This document shows positions 11,455 to 24,204 of a DNA stretch of 64,000 nucleotides, in pieces. Numbering within the stretch: position 1 is the first letter of the stretch; the number at the start of each line of letters is the position of its first letter. The DNA is taken from NCBI RefSeq assembly GCF_006345805.1, contig NW_021832396.1, positions 4,873 through 68,872 of the forward strand. Reading direction: 5' to 3'. This DNA comes from Octopus sinensis (taxonomy: Eukaryota). The notes beneath the pieces were generated by a model. That model was not told where the DNA came from. It did not search any database and saw nothing but the letters and a program-made list of their open reading frames with translations. Made by a program: the position numbers and the translations under genes.

Positions 11455-14400
11455 TAGTTTTATTTTTATATCGTGCTTTCACTTCACTACCGAGCGCAGC
11501 TCTGTGTGCCTTGGGTATGTGCTGTGATTTGTTGTGATGCTCTGATGGTTATTGTATGGAAAGTGTTCTGCATAGGATGTGTGCAGTGCCTAGTAGTGAA
11601 ATTTTCTGTATGTTATATGTGTTTGTAAGTCCTGGTGTTTTTGTTATGTATTTGTCTGAATATTTTTTTATCATGCCTAATGCACCTACTATGATAGGAA
11701 TTGTTTCTGTTTTTAAATTCCACATTCTGGTTACTTCTATTTCCAGGTCTTTGTATTTTGAAAGTTTCGCCATTTCTTTTAGAGACACGTTGTCATCTGC
11801 CGGTATTGATACATCAATTAGAAAGCATTTTTTTTACTTCATGATTTCTAACAACTATATCTGGTCTGTTGGCCTTAATTTCTCTATCTGTGTGTATCGG
11901 CATATCCCAAAGTATGGTTGCTTTTTCGTTTTCTGTGACATTTTCTGGTGTGTGCCTATACCATCTTTTTTCTGTTGTTATTCCATAATGTTGGCGTAGC
12001 TTCCAGTGTATGTAGGTTCCAACTCTGTCATGTCTGTGAATATATTCCTTCTTAGCCAGGACTGGGCAGCCAGAGATAATATGATTTAATGTTTCTTGTC
12101 CATCTCCACATATTCTGCAGTTACTTGTTATATTTCTTTTCATTACATGTTTTTGGTAATTTCTGGTGAGGAGGCTTTGGTCTTGTGCTGCAATTAAAAA
12201 TCCCTCTGTCCCTGCTTTGAGTTCTGAGCTTCTCAACCATTGCTGGGATTTTTCTTTGTCTATTTCTTTTGCGTTTAGTTTAGTCCAGTATTTACCATGA
12301 AGGGGCTTTTCTTGCCATCGTTTTATAATGGTTCGTTGCTGTTCTATTTTTAGTTTGGATTTCATTTGTTTTATAGCTTTTGCTGTTTCTTCATCTTCTT
12401 CTTCATATTTATTAGGTGGTATGATTTCTTCTTTGTATTTGTCAGCTTCCTTAAATACTGAGAACAGTTTTTTTGTTTTGCTCGTGTTTTGCCGCTATTT
12501 ATATCAGTTTTCCTTACTTCTGAAGTAGATATTTTTGCAGTCCTATGGTGGTTATTTTATAGTAGTTTTCCAGCTGCATAAGGCCTCTACCACCTTCTAT
12601 ACGTTGTATATATAGTCTTTTATGTCAGATTTTGGGTGATGCATCCTAGATCCTGTCATTATTTTTCTTGTTTTCCTATCTATTTTGGTCAGTTCATTTA
12701 GTGTCAAGTTAAGGATATTGTAGCTGTAACTTATAACTGGGACAGCTAAAGTGTTGATACCTATTAACTTGTTTTTAGCATTGAGCTCTGTTTTTAGTAT
12801 TGATCTAACTCGTCTATAATATTCTTTTTTTAAATTTTCTCTTTCATTTGTGTGTGTTGTATCTCATCTAGTTCATGGATTCCTAAGTATTTGTAAGTTT
12901 GGCTTTGGTCTAATTCTTTTATTTCATTGGTTTTATCTAGTGTGGTGTTGCTACTCTTAACTAGTTTTCCTCTTTTCATGGTTACTTTGGCGCATTTTTC
13001 TAATCCAAATTTCATATCTATTTCTTTGGTAAATCCATGAACTGTCTTTAATAGCGTTTCCAGCAGTTTGTCATTTGCAGCGTATAGTTTTAGGTCATCC
13101 ATATATAAAAGGTGGCGAGCTGGCAGACTCGTTAGCATGCCGGGCGAAATGCGTAGCCGTATTTCGTCTGCCGTTACGTTCTGAGTTCAAATTCCGCCGA
13201 GGTCGACTTTGCCTTTCATCCTTTCGGGGTCGATAAATTAAGTACCAGTTACGCCCTGGAGTCGATGTAATCGACATAATCCGTTTGTCCCTTCTGTGTT
13301 TAGTCCCTTGTGGACAGTAGTGAAATACATATATAAAAGTTGGTTGATCGTTTTGCCGTAACATTTATATCCACATCTAGTTCTATTTAGCATATCAGAT
13401 AGAGGTGACAGTGCCAAGCAGAAAAGGAATGGAGAGAGTATGTCTCCCTGGAATATTCCTCTTCTAATGGGGATGGCTTTGGTTTTCATGAGTCCCTCTT
13501 TTGTTTGGAGCTGTAACACTGTTTGCCATTTATTCATAGAGTGCCCTATGAATTTTATAATTGTTGGTGCTACTTTGTTAATGGCTAGTGTTTCGAGGAT
13601 CCATGTGTGGGGGATGCTATCAAACGCCTTTTTGTAGTCGATCCAGGCCATACTGAGGCCTTTCTTCTTTCTGTGGCTGTCTTCAGTTATGGCTTTATTA
13701 ATCATTAGTTGATCTTTACAGCCATATGAGCCCTTGCGGCATCCTTTCTGCTCTTCTGGAAACAGGTTGTTTTCGTCCAGGTGCTTGTTCAATCTTTGCG
13801 ATATTACTGCAGTAAATGCTTTGTACATTGTAGGGGGACAGGTTATAGGTCTGTAGTTTTCTGGTTTTGCTGTCTCATTTGATTAAGGAATTAAAATGGT
13901 TTTCCCCTTTGTGGGCCATTCAGGCATTGTCTCTGGCTCTGCTAGCATGCTGTTAAAGTTTTCAGCCAGCTTTTTGTGCATTCCTGTTAGATATTTCAAC
14001 CAGAAGCTGGGGATCTTGTCATGCCCAGGTGCCTCCCAGTTGCTTAGTCTTTGCAGTGCCTGGGTGACCTCTTCAGTTGTTATGGGGGTCCAAAGTTGCT
14101 CAGATGCTGAGTTTGTTGTTTTAATACTCCTTTTTTTTGGTTGTTCGTTCGCCGACCATATTTCTCTCCAGAATTCTTCCACTTCTTCTGCCGTTGGTGC
14201 TGCAGTGATTTCTATTTTATTTTTGCCAAGTTCTTGGGAGAACATTTTGGGGTTGGAGTTGAACTGTTTGTTTTGTTCAAAGAAACGTTGGCGTTTCTCG
14301 TACCGGCGGATCCTTTGTGCTTTGGCAAGAATATCTTGCTTTAGTTTTTCTTTTATCTCAGGTAAATCTTTTTCTGTGGTGTTGTATTTGCGGAGTATTT

Positions 14401-14733
14401 TTGTTTTCTTTTTGTTGCTCAGTAGCGTTGATTGTCTACTGATTTCATTAAGAATCGACAGATCTTTTCTCATTTTTTGTATTTTGTTTTGGATGTTATT
14501 TATCCACGGGGTTTGTTTGGGTGGTGGTACTCCTGTTTGGATGGGTTTGAGTGAGTATCCAGCTTCTTTGGTGGCTGCAGTGGCTGCTGCGTATACTAAG
14601 TCATTTAGCTCAGTGATATCGCTTTTTGTTTCAGTGGCTATTAGTTCCGTGACGGCTAGGTTTATGTTGTTTATAATTGATGTTGTTGTTTTGTCTATTT
14701 TGATTTTTGGGAGGTATGGTCGGTGGTCCATTT
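11452..14733 (-). mobile_element. R4/Dong-clade non-LTR retrotransposon (RT plus C-terminal CCHC and restriction-like endonuclease), 5'-truncated, frameshifted, flanked by (ATT)n on both sides
   Basis: Motifs NYRP, QKGCRKGSYGC, WIDYKKAFDSIPH, GIFQGDILSP, YMDDLKLY, CRICGDGQETLNHIISGC, RHD, NRPDIVV, DVSIP, KLSKYKDL in successive minus-strand ORFs. Confidence 0.93.
13112..13327 (+). mobile_element. SINE family A inserted into the Dong RT, 12-bp TSD catatataaaag
   Basis: TSD at 13100-13111 and 13328-13339; head ggtggcgagctggcag..., B-box gagttcaaattcc. Confidence 0.92.
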
Positions 14734-14737
14734 TTTA

Positions 14738-14781
<44 letters not shown>

Positions 14782-14825
14782 CATCATTATCATTATTATT
14801 ATCATTATTATTATTAATATTATTT

Positions 14826-14863
<38 letters not shown>

Positions 14864-14886
14864 TACCACAGCAAATCTCTTATATT

Positions 14887-15510
14887 TATTTCTTTACTAC
14901 CCACAAGGGGCTAAACATAGAGAGGACAAACAAGGACAGGCAAAGGGATTAAGTCGATAACACCGACCCCAGTGCATAACTGGTACTTAATTTATCGACC
15001 CCGAAAGGATGAAAGACAAATTTGAACTTAGAACGTAATGGCAGACGAAATACCTGTTTCTTTACTGCCCATAAGGGGCTACACACAGAGGGACAAACAA
15101 GGACAGACAAACGGATTAAGTCGATTATATCGACCCCAGTGCGTAACTGGTACTTATTTTATCGATCCCGAAAGGATGAAAGGCAAAGCCGACTTCAGCG
15201 GAATTTGAGCTCAGAACGTAGACTTTTTCCATGTATGAAGGAAATGGATTAAATGTAAAATATTAATGAAATATAATAATAATGAAATAAAAGGTGGCAA
15301 GCTGGCAGAAACGTTAGCACGCCCGGCGAAATGCTTAGAATTTCACCTGCCGTTACGTTCTGAGTTCAAATTCCCCCAAGGTCGACTTTGCCTTTCATCC
15401 TTTCGGGGTCAATTAAATAAGTACCATTTACGCACTGGGATCGATGTAATCGACTTAATCTCTTTGTTTGTCCCCTCTATGTTTAGCCCCCTGTGAGCAA
15501 TAAAGAAATA
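14887..15510. mobile_element. Cluster of SINE A copies (two partial on -, one on + at about 15291-15510)
   Basis: Sequence identity to 13112-13327. Confidence 0.85.
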
Positions 15511-15704
15511 AATATTAACGAAATATCTTTTTCCTACCTCTTAAAATCATATATGATAATACCGAATAGATTTTCCTGGCTTGCCAGTCCTCAGTCAAAC
15601 CGCCCAACCCATGCCAGCATGGGAAGCAGACGTTAAACGATGATGATGATGATATATATAATTATAATAGATTGTTACCCATTCGATTTTTAGGTAAACT
15701 TTGT

Positions 15705-15747
<43 letters not shown>

Positions 15748-15774
15748 TCTCTCTCTCTCTCGCCCAACACAAAT

Positions 15775-15849
15775 ATGAAACATTCTGGTGCCAAAAGTAG
15801 ATTTCCTTTTTTGCGATTTTTGGCGACGATACTTGTGGGGAGAGAGAGA
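15775..15849 (+). other. Candidate upstream exon of the Ig-like receptor gene (5' UTR or in-frame N-terminal extension)
   Basis: Ends at a consensus donor GTAAGT (15850); the ATG at 15775 gives 25 codons in frame with ACC-ATG after the 16888 acceptor. Not independently supported. Confidence 0.3.
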
Positions 15850-16179
15850 GTAAGTGTCAAAAAATAGTGCAATGAGTGTAAAAAAATGTGTAGGAAACGA
15901 ATATGAAGAAAAATACGCGTAAAGCAACGGGAGGATGAGGAGAGGACCTCGGAAAATTCACAAGATCCGAGTTTTTCCCTTGTAACTTTTAGGAAAATGG
16001 GGTTTTTTTTCAATGAAATTTTATATAATTACCTTTCAAACGGCATACATTACGATTATAAAGTAATTTGTAGGGAGAAGACTTTTGGAAAATTCCCAAG
16101 AATTCCAAAGAATTTGAATTCAGAACATAAAGACTTTTGAAATACCCCTAAGCATTTTGTCTGGTATTCTACCCGACTG

Positions 16180-16815
16180 GCCTCGTGCCGGTGGCATGTA
16201 AAAAGCACCATCCAATTGTGGCCGTTTGTCAGCCTCGTCTGGCACCTGTGCCAGTGGCACGTAAAAAGCACTATCTGATCGTGGCCGTTTGCCAGCCCCA
16301 TCTGGCCCCTGTGCCGGTGGCACGTCAAAAAAACCATCCGATCGTGGCCGTTTGCCAGCCTCGTCTGGCACCTGTGCTGGTGGCACGTAAAAAGCACCAT
16401 CCGATCATGGCCGTATGCCAGCCTCGTCTGGCACCTGTGCTGGTGGCACGTAAAAAGCACCATCCGATCGTGGCCGTTTGCCACCCTCGTCTGGCACCTG
16501 TGCTGGTGGCACGTAGAAAGAACCATCCGATTGTGGCCGTTTTCCAGCCTCATCTGGCACCTGTGCTGGTGGCACGTAAAAAGAACCATCCGATCATGGC
16601 CGTTGCCAGTCTCGTCTGGCCCCTGTGCCGGTGGCACGTAAAAAGCACCCACTACACTCACGGAGTGGTTGGCGTTAGGAAGGGCATCCAGCTGTAGAAA
16701 CATTGCCAGATCAGACTGGCCTTGGTGCAGCCTTCTGGCTTCCCAGACCCCAGTTGAACCGTCCAACCCATGCTAGCATGGAAAGCAGACGCTAAATGAT
16801 GATGATGATGATGAT
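16180..16815 (+). mobile_element. SINE family C with (GAT)n tail and an internal about 60-bp unit expanded about 7 times
   Basis: Repeating ccgtttgccagcctcgtctggcacctgtgctggtggcacgtaaaaagcaccatccgatcgtgg; 3' end ccaacccatgctagcatggaaagcagacg..gatgatgat. Other copies at 27300-27693, 45740-46035, 49585-49830 (-) and 62295-62710 (-). Confidence 0.88.
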
Positions 16816-16891
16816 GAAGACATTTAAAGTTTTTCATATCAGTCATGCTCCAGCAGTCAGTTTTCATGCTCTAAAAATTATTTTTCAGACC

Positions 16892-16937
16892 ATGGGCCGT
16901 CTAATGTTCTCCTGTCTGATGATTGTATTCTGTTTTT
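16892..16937 (+). CDS. Ig-like receptor gene, signal-peptide exon (MGRLMFSCLMIVFCF, phase 1)
   Basis: Acceptor tttttcag at 16888, Kozak-like accATGG, hydrophobic core, donor gtaagt at 16938. Confidence 0.85.
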
Positions 16938-17720
16938 GTAAGTTTTATTTTGTTTTTGTTTAAGTTTTTGTTTTTTAAATCCTTTTTCCTTAACATTTAG
17001 TTTTCTAAAAATAATTGTTTCAAATATCATTTACATTAACTTGGAGAATAATTTTTTTTTCTGCCAGTTTTTAATGTTTGTTTTTACAAATATGTTGTAT
17101 TATTTATTTGGTTTTAGTCAATATAGTTACAATCATTTTACAACAGTTCTTGTATCATCATCAAATTTTTTTTTTTTTGTTTTTTGACATCTGATCCATT
17201 TTCACATGGCGTACGTCTCAGCAAGACAATTTACGAAATGTCTAAGTGGTACATCCCGAATGTTTTTAAAAATTGTATTGATTCATTTTTCACAATAAAA
17301 ATATTTCAAAAACAAAAAATGTTTGCTGAAGTTTTTGAAGATGATCCAAAAAATATGATGTATGCATATCAGGAGTATTTGACAGTCCCAAAACACTTAG
17401 GAAGCAATGGGTTCTGACAACCAGGATTTTGTTAGAGGTTGGTTATGTCAGTGCATGACCAACCAATCGGATTTCTGAGTGAGAGGCTGGATCTGACCAG
17501 TTAGGACATAAAAACGTGAAACATTTTGGCCCGATATGGCCAGTTTAAATGCTAAAAGGTTAATGTTTTAACTGAGAACCACATTTTCAATGCCTTCTCT
17601 CAAACTACCATTGTATATAATGAGTAATTAGATCTACTAGGGTTAATTATCATTTAATCATTATAACACAAATAGTAAACAATCCTGTTGATCAAAAATA
17701 TTTCTTTTCCTCTTTTACAG

Positions 17721-17759
17721 ATTTCACGAGAGCAGGAATTTATAAAATTATTCAAAGTG
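17721..17759 (+). CDS. Ig-like receptor gene, 39-bp exon a1 (YFTRA/GIYKIIQS; completes the signal peptide and starts domain 1)
   Basis: Acceptor tttcttttcctcttttacag, donor gtaaat; phase 1-1; joins the flanking exons without stops. Confidence 0.8.
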
Positions 17760-18431
17760 GTAAATGGATTTACAAACCTTTTTCTCCCTTGAAACTAAAG
17801 TCTTTTCAAATCTGTCTTCTATCTCTTTCTCTTAACTCAGAAGATTTAGTCACTGTTTGGGGTGTCTTTTTATTTTTTGCTTTTTAAAAAAATTCTTGGG
17901 CAGTTCACTAACACAACTCAGTCACTGATATTGTTCTTTAGATAAAGCTACAGCTTTGAATCTGCCCATGGTTATCTCCCTTTGGCATTTCCCATTGATG
18001 AAGGTTAAAGAGCAAGAAACACGCATTGGGGAGTCCACTGAGGAGTGGTTTACATCTCAGGTTGAGATGGCTGTTGGGGGTCCGTATAAGATTTTGTTGC
18101 TAAAATTTATGTACAATTAATTGGTTTTAGCTTTACAGTACACCAAATTTTTAATTAATTTTTTAAATACAGTTCCTAATAATATTTAATTATAAAAATA
18201 GGATTTTTTAAAACATGAAATGTTTATAAGGGCCCACCGAGCAAAACAGGAATCAAAAGGGACCATAGGTGAAGAATGGTTGAAAATCATTGTGTTATAG
18301 GTAAGCACTGGGCAGATATGGTGTTTTCACACCTTTTACCATCAGTGAGAAATCCTTCTCTTTGGTAAATGCAGTAAATTTGCCTTTAGAAGTTAAAATA
18401 TGTCACAAACATATTTTAACTAAGGAGCACA

Positions 18432-18468
<37 letters not shown>

Positions 18469-19822
18469 GTCATCATCATGAAATGTCCATGGATTGAGCT
18501 GTTCAATAGGATCCAGCAAGCCACAGGATTGTGTTGAGCTCCAATCCCTGAATAGGCAGGGCTTATATTGTTTGATGACCCACCTAACACCGACCACTTT
18601 ACAGAGTGTAGTGGCTGCCCCTTTTCATTGCACCACCATTCATTTGGTTACTGTTATAGCTGGGATTATGATAGCCATTCTAAATAGGATTGCGGTTATC
18701 ATGTCTATCATCATAATTTGATGTCCACGGCCCCTTTTTAATGTCAATCATTTTACAGAGTAATTGAGCCTTTTTTTAACATGCAGTACCAAATAACTGG
18801 AAAGACAGAGGGAAAAGAAGAAAAAACCCTTGACTGGGGAGTGTTGCGGAGATGGATGTGGCTTTACACAATGTGTTGAGAGGTTGAAGTATGATAGAAG
18901 GACAGGAACATGTGTCTTACTGTAGAGAGTATATATGGTGATACTGCATTATATAAGGCAGGGCATGAGTAAATGGATAGATATGTGATTTATTCAGACA
19001 TACACCCATGTCTGACGAACACACTGAATATTTTTTTTAACCCCTTAATATAGGGTTTGGACGTAGAGAAGTTTCTCCATTTCATATTGAAATTGGTCCC
19101 TTAATCTTTAAGTTTCCAGATTAAAGCCAAAAGGGTTCTTGTCATGGTATCTATTAAAACACTTGAGAACCTCCAATGAATACATAAATTCAAGGAATGA
19201 GATTTTTTTACTGTATGTCCGCATCTCAGAAAATACATGTTGTCAGAATTTAAAAGGATACTACCAGACACTTAGTTAAGCATTAACATCTGGTTTACAT
19301 CTGGTTTACATCTGCTTGCCATAGAATTATTGTAATGTGGGTTATCTCCCTTGCTGCCTTAACATATACATACATAACAACATACATAGAAATAAGAGCT
19401 AAAGTGCTCTGGTGCTGCAGTCAATGCACACGCTTGCATACATACATACTGGCAGCAACTGCAAATGGGTGAAGGTGGCAGTCGTGGTATGCCTGGACCG
19501 TCGACAGTTTGGGTTTTAACACAGAAGCCTCATCACCGACCCTGTTGTTGAGTGCTTATTTTAAGCATGGTACTTATTCTGTTGGTCGTTTTTGCTGAAC
19601 TGCTAAGTTATAGGGATGTGAACACACCAACGCTGGTTGTAAAAACAGTGGTGGGGGAAAACACTGACACACACACACACACATGATGGACTTCTTATAG
19701 TTTCCGTCTACCAAATCCACCAGGTTTTGGTTGGCCCCAAGGTTATTGTAGAAGCTTACCCAGACTGAACCCAGAACCATGTGGTAGGGCAGTAATCTTC
19801 TTACTTGATTTCTTTATTTCAG

Positions 19823-20071
19823 AAAATGTTGTGCTTGGAGGAAGTGCTAGACTTTCTATATATATTCCAAACATGAAGAGACCCACGGTGTGGAAATGTG
19901 GAAACTATAAATACGAATGTGACAGAACATGCGCTAATGGCCCTGAATATACAGTTACCCACAGTGGTAACCATTCTGTTCTTTGGATCCGAAAAGTAAC
20001 AAAGGAATGTTTGACTTGGATGTTTGAAGACGACAATATTAATGTTGGAAAAATTCATTTGAAAATAAACA
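19823..20071 (+). CDS. Ig-like receptor gene, 249-bp domain exon Ig1 (ENVVLGGSARLSIYIP...VWKCGNYKYECDRTC...SVLWIRKVTKECLTWMF...KIHLKIN)
   Basis: Acceptor tttctttatttcag, donor gtaagg; phase 1-1; open frame; beta-strand pattern of a V-type Ig fold (the fold assignment is inference). Confidence 0.88.
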
Positions 20072-20085
20072 GTAAGGAAATGATT

Positions 20086-20117
<32 letters not shown>

Positions 20118-21425
20118 GATAAATGTGCAAAAGCTACCTTTATCAAAGGAAAAAATGATAGAAATATCCAACGTTAAGTAATTTCTTTTATTTGCTACAC
20201 AGGCTAAGGATAAGGGGACAACACAATGATAGGCGTAAAGTGTAGGGAGTTTACATGTTATGCAATGATAATAAAATATATAAACGATTTAACTTAAACG
20301 AAGATAGGAAGTATAGATTGCATGCAACAACAGGAGATAAAAGAAAGAGATGACAGTGTTGTGTCTAGGGATAACCAAGGAATTTCATCATCCAAGATCT
20401 CCCTGAACACCAAGGGCATGTGACCCCTCCGATTCCTACTCTCCAACCCAAACAACTGGTTGTTTTTAAAGAGGCACGGGTGCCTCTTGTGTGTCACTCG
20501 TACAAGTGTTTTTCACGTGTCACCGACACTGGCCATGGCCACAATTTCACTGAGCTTGACTTGTCTTCTCAAGTACAGCAGATGGTCAGAAATCTCGGTC
20601 ACTGGTCATTGCTTCTGTGAAACTCAACATCTAAACATCATATTTCACCGACCCGTCCCAAATCTTACCGAGTCAACCTCTTCCATGGTTTGCCTCCACA
20701 GTTAGAAATCGGTACTTCTTTACACAACTGTCGTTGTACATTTAATTTTAGAATGACATTATCGGATAGTTGAGAAACTTTAATATGGGCCAGATATGGT
20801 TGGTTTAATCCTTCAAGGTTCAGATCACTCTGTCAAGTGTAATGTTCATTCATTTGCATTGTTTTGAATTAATCATTCATTATCTTCTTACGACATTTTG
20901 ATGATGTAATTGTTTATCTTTAAACTGACATTGTAGGGTAGGAGTGAGAGGCTGGATCTGGCCAATTTGAACATAAAACAGGTAGAATATTTGGCGTGGA
21001 TATGGCAAGTTTAAATACTAAACAATTAATTCTTTAGCATTTAGATTAATCTATCAAATGTAATGCTTATAAATTCAAAATGTTTTGAATTAATTATTCA
21101 TTATCTTGTAGATTTCAGATTTAGATGATTGCTTAATTTTACAATGACATTGTAAGTTTGGTGTGAGAGGCTGGATCTGACCAGTTTGGATATAAGAAAG
21201 GTGAAACATTTTGGCCAGACATGGCCAGTTTAAATGCTAAATGGTTAATGTTTGAACTGAGAACCACATTTTCAATGCCTTCTCTCACACTGCCACTGTA
21301 TATAATGTGTAATTAAATCTACTCGTGTTAATTACTATTTAATTATTGTAACAGAAATAGGAAACAATCTTGTTGATCGAATGTAAAATCTGAAATTCAA
21401 AAGTCCTTGTATTCATCTTCCACAG

Positions 21426-21482
21426 ATTTGGCAAATGCAAACGATTTGAGGACAGAAGGAGTTTATAATATCACCCAAAGTG
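21426..21482 (+). CDS. Ig-like receptor gene, 57-bp exon a2 (NLANANDLRTEGVYNITQS)
   Basis: Acceptor catcttccacag, donor gtaagt; the last 39 nt are paralogous to exon a1 (30/39 identical); phase 1-1. Confidence 0.82.
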
Positions 21483-22197
21483 GTAAGTGGATTACCTTAT
21501 CCCCTTTCGCCTTCTAAACTAGACACAACTTTTTCAAATCTCTCTTCTATTTCTTTCACTCAACTCATAAATTTTATTCACTGTTTCATTTGTGTTTTTT
21601 GATTTCTTAAAACATTTATTCCGACCAGGCAGTTCACTAGCACAACTCAGTCACTGATAGTGACTGCTCTTTAGATAAAACAACAGCTTTGAATCTGCTC
21701 AGGTTTATCTTTCTCTGGAGTTTCCTATTGATAAAGGCTAATGAGCCAGAATCACTCATCGGGGAATCCACTAGAATAGTGGTTTTTAACCGGGGTCAGT
21801 ATGGCTGTTGGGGGTCCATATAGGATTTTGTTGTTAAAATTTATGTACAATTAATTGGTTTTAGCTTTACAGTACACCAAATTTTTAATCAATTTTTTAA
21901 ATACAATTCCTAATAATATTTAATTATAAAAATAGGATTTTTTAAAACATGAAATGGTTATAAGGGTCCACCTGAGTGAAATAGAAATCAAAAGGGTTGC
22001 ATTGTGTTATAGGTAAGCACTGGGCAGATATGGTGTTTTCACACCTTTTACCATCAGTGAGAAATCCTTCTCTTTGGTAAATGCAGTAAATTTGCCTTTA
22101 GAAGTTAAAATATGTCACAAACATATTTTAACTAAAGAGGGATTACTTATGATTGGCAGTTTCACTCTTAGGGCACAAATAATAATAATAATAATAA

Positions 22198-23100
22198 TCC
22201 TGGAAACATGGATCCTAGAAACAGTAGCCATGAACAAGGTAGCACCAATAATTATAAAATATATAAAACTCTCTATGAATAAATAGCGGACAGTGCTACA
22301 GCTCCAAACAAAAGGAGGACACATAAAAAGCAAAGCCTTTCTCATTAGAAGAGGAATATTCCAGGGAGACATGCTCTCTCCACTCCTTTTCTGCTTGGCA
22401 CTGACAACTTTATCTGACATACTCAACAGAACTAGATGCAGATGGCAACAACAATCAGCCACCTCTTATATATATGGATGACCTAAAACTGTATACTACA
22501 AATGATAAACAGCTGGAAACATTATTACAGGCAGTACATGGATTTACCAACGAAATAAATATGAAATTTAGCTTATAAATAAATATAAAATGTGCAAAAC
22601 AATCTTGAAAAGAGGAAAACTAGTTAAGAGTAGCGACATCAAACTAAATAAAGCAAATGAAATAAGAGAATTAGAAGCCAGACATACAAATATTTGGGAA
22701 TAAAAAAAAAGAATACTATAGACAAGTTAGATTAATACTGAAAACAGAGCTCAATGCAAAAAACAAGATAATAGGTATCAACACTTTAGCCGTCCCAGTT
22801 ATAAGTTACAGCTACAATATCCTTAACTTGACACTAAAGGAACTAATCAAAATAGACAGGAAAACAAGAAATATAATGACAGGATCTAGGATGCACCACC
22901 TAAAATCTGACACAGAAAGACTATATATGCAACGTATAGAAGGTGGTAGAGGCCTTATACAGCTGGTAAACTATTATAAATTAACCACCATAGGACTGCA
23001 AAAATACCTACTTCAGAAGCAAGGAAAACTAATACAAATAGCCACAAAACACGAACAAAACAAAAAAAAACTGTTTTCAGTCTTTAAGGAAGCTGTCAAA
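22198..23100 (+). mobile_element. Second R4/Dong LINE fragment (RT region), degenerate, starting at an (AAT)n tract in the a2-Ig2 intron
   Basis: GIFQGDMLSP, YMDDLKLY and IEGGRGLIQL homologous to the 11452-14733 element; stops and frameshifts. Confidence 0.88.
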
Positions 23101-23941
23101 AGAGACCGATAGAATAAGTACTGGGCTTCCAAAGAATAAGCTCTGGGGTTGATTTGCTCGACTAAAGGCAGTGCTCCAGCATGGCTGCAGTCAAATGACT
23201 GAAACAAGTAAAAAGAGTGAAGAGAATGTATGTACATAAATATTTCAAATTTTTTTGCCACAAGGGCAGCTTGCGGAAGGTGGGGATGAGTGGATTACAG
23301 TGACCCCAGTATGCCACTGGTACTTAATTTATCAACCCCAAAAGGATGAAAGCCATAGTCGACCTCAGTGAAATTTGAATTCAGAACGTAGTGGCAGGTG
23401 AAATACCGCTTAGCATTTTGCTTGGCGTGCTAACAATTCTGCCAGGTTGCTGCCTTGACATATATATACATAACAACATACATAGAAATAAGAGCTAAAG
23501 TGTTCTGGTGCTGCAGTCAATGCACACGCTTGCATACATACATACTGGCAGCAACTACAAATGGGTGAAAGTGGCTGTCGTGGTATCCCTGGACTGTCGA
23601 CAGTTTGGGTTTTAACACAGAAGCCTCATCACCGACCCTGTTGTTGAGTGCTTATTTTAAGCATGGTACTTATTCTGTTGGTCGTTTTTGCCGAACTGCT
23701 AAGTTATAGGGATGTGAACACACCAACGCTGGTTGTAAAAACAGTGGTGGGGGACAAACACTGACACACACACACACACACACAGATGATGAACTTTTTA
23801 TAGTTTCCGTCTACCAAATCCACTAGGTTTTGGTTGGACCCAAGGTTATTGTAGAAGCTTACCCAGGGTGCCATGCAGTGGGACTGAACCCAGAACCATG
23901 TGGTTGGGCTGTAATCTTCTTACTTGATTTCTTTATTTCAG

Positions 23942-24190
23942 AAAATGTTGTGCTTGGAAGAAGTGCTAAACTTTCTATATATATTCCAAACATGAAGAGA
24001 CCTGTGGTGTGGAAATGTGGAAACTATAAATACGAATGTGACAGAACATGCGCTAATGGCCATGACTATAAAGTTACCCACAATGGTAACCATTCTGTTC
24101 TTTGGATCCGAAAAGTAACAAAGAAATGTTTGACTTGGATGTTTGTAGATGACAATATTAATGTTGGAAAAATTCATTTGAAGATAAACA
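23942..24190 (+). CDS. Ig-like receptor gene, 249-bp domain exon Ig2 (paralog of Ig1, 9 aa differences)
   Basis: Same splice sites as Ig1; 13 nt differences counted in 249 bp; open frame. Confidence 0.88.
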
Positions 24191-24204
24191 GTAAGGAAAT
24201 GATT

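Noticed and set aside
17184-17417. 77-aa ORF in the first coding intron of the receptor gene
   Set aside because: Starts at a non-ATG codon, has no convincing splice sites or motif, and has no counterpart in the duplicated module.
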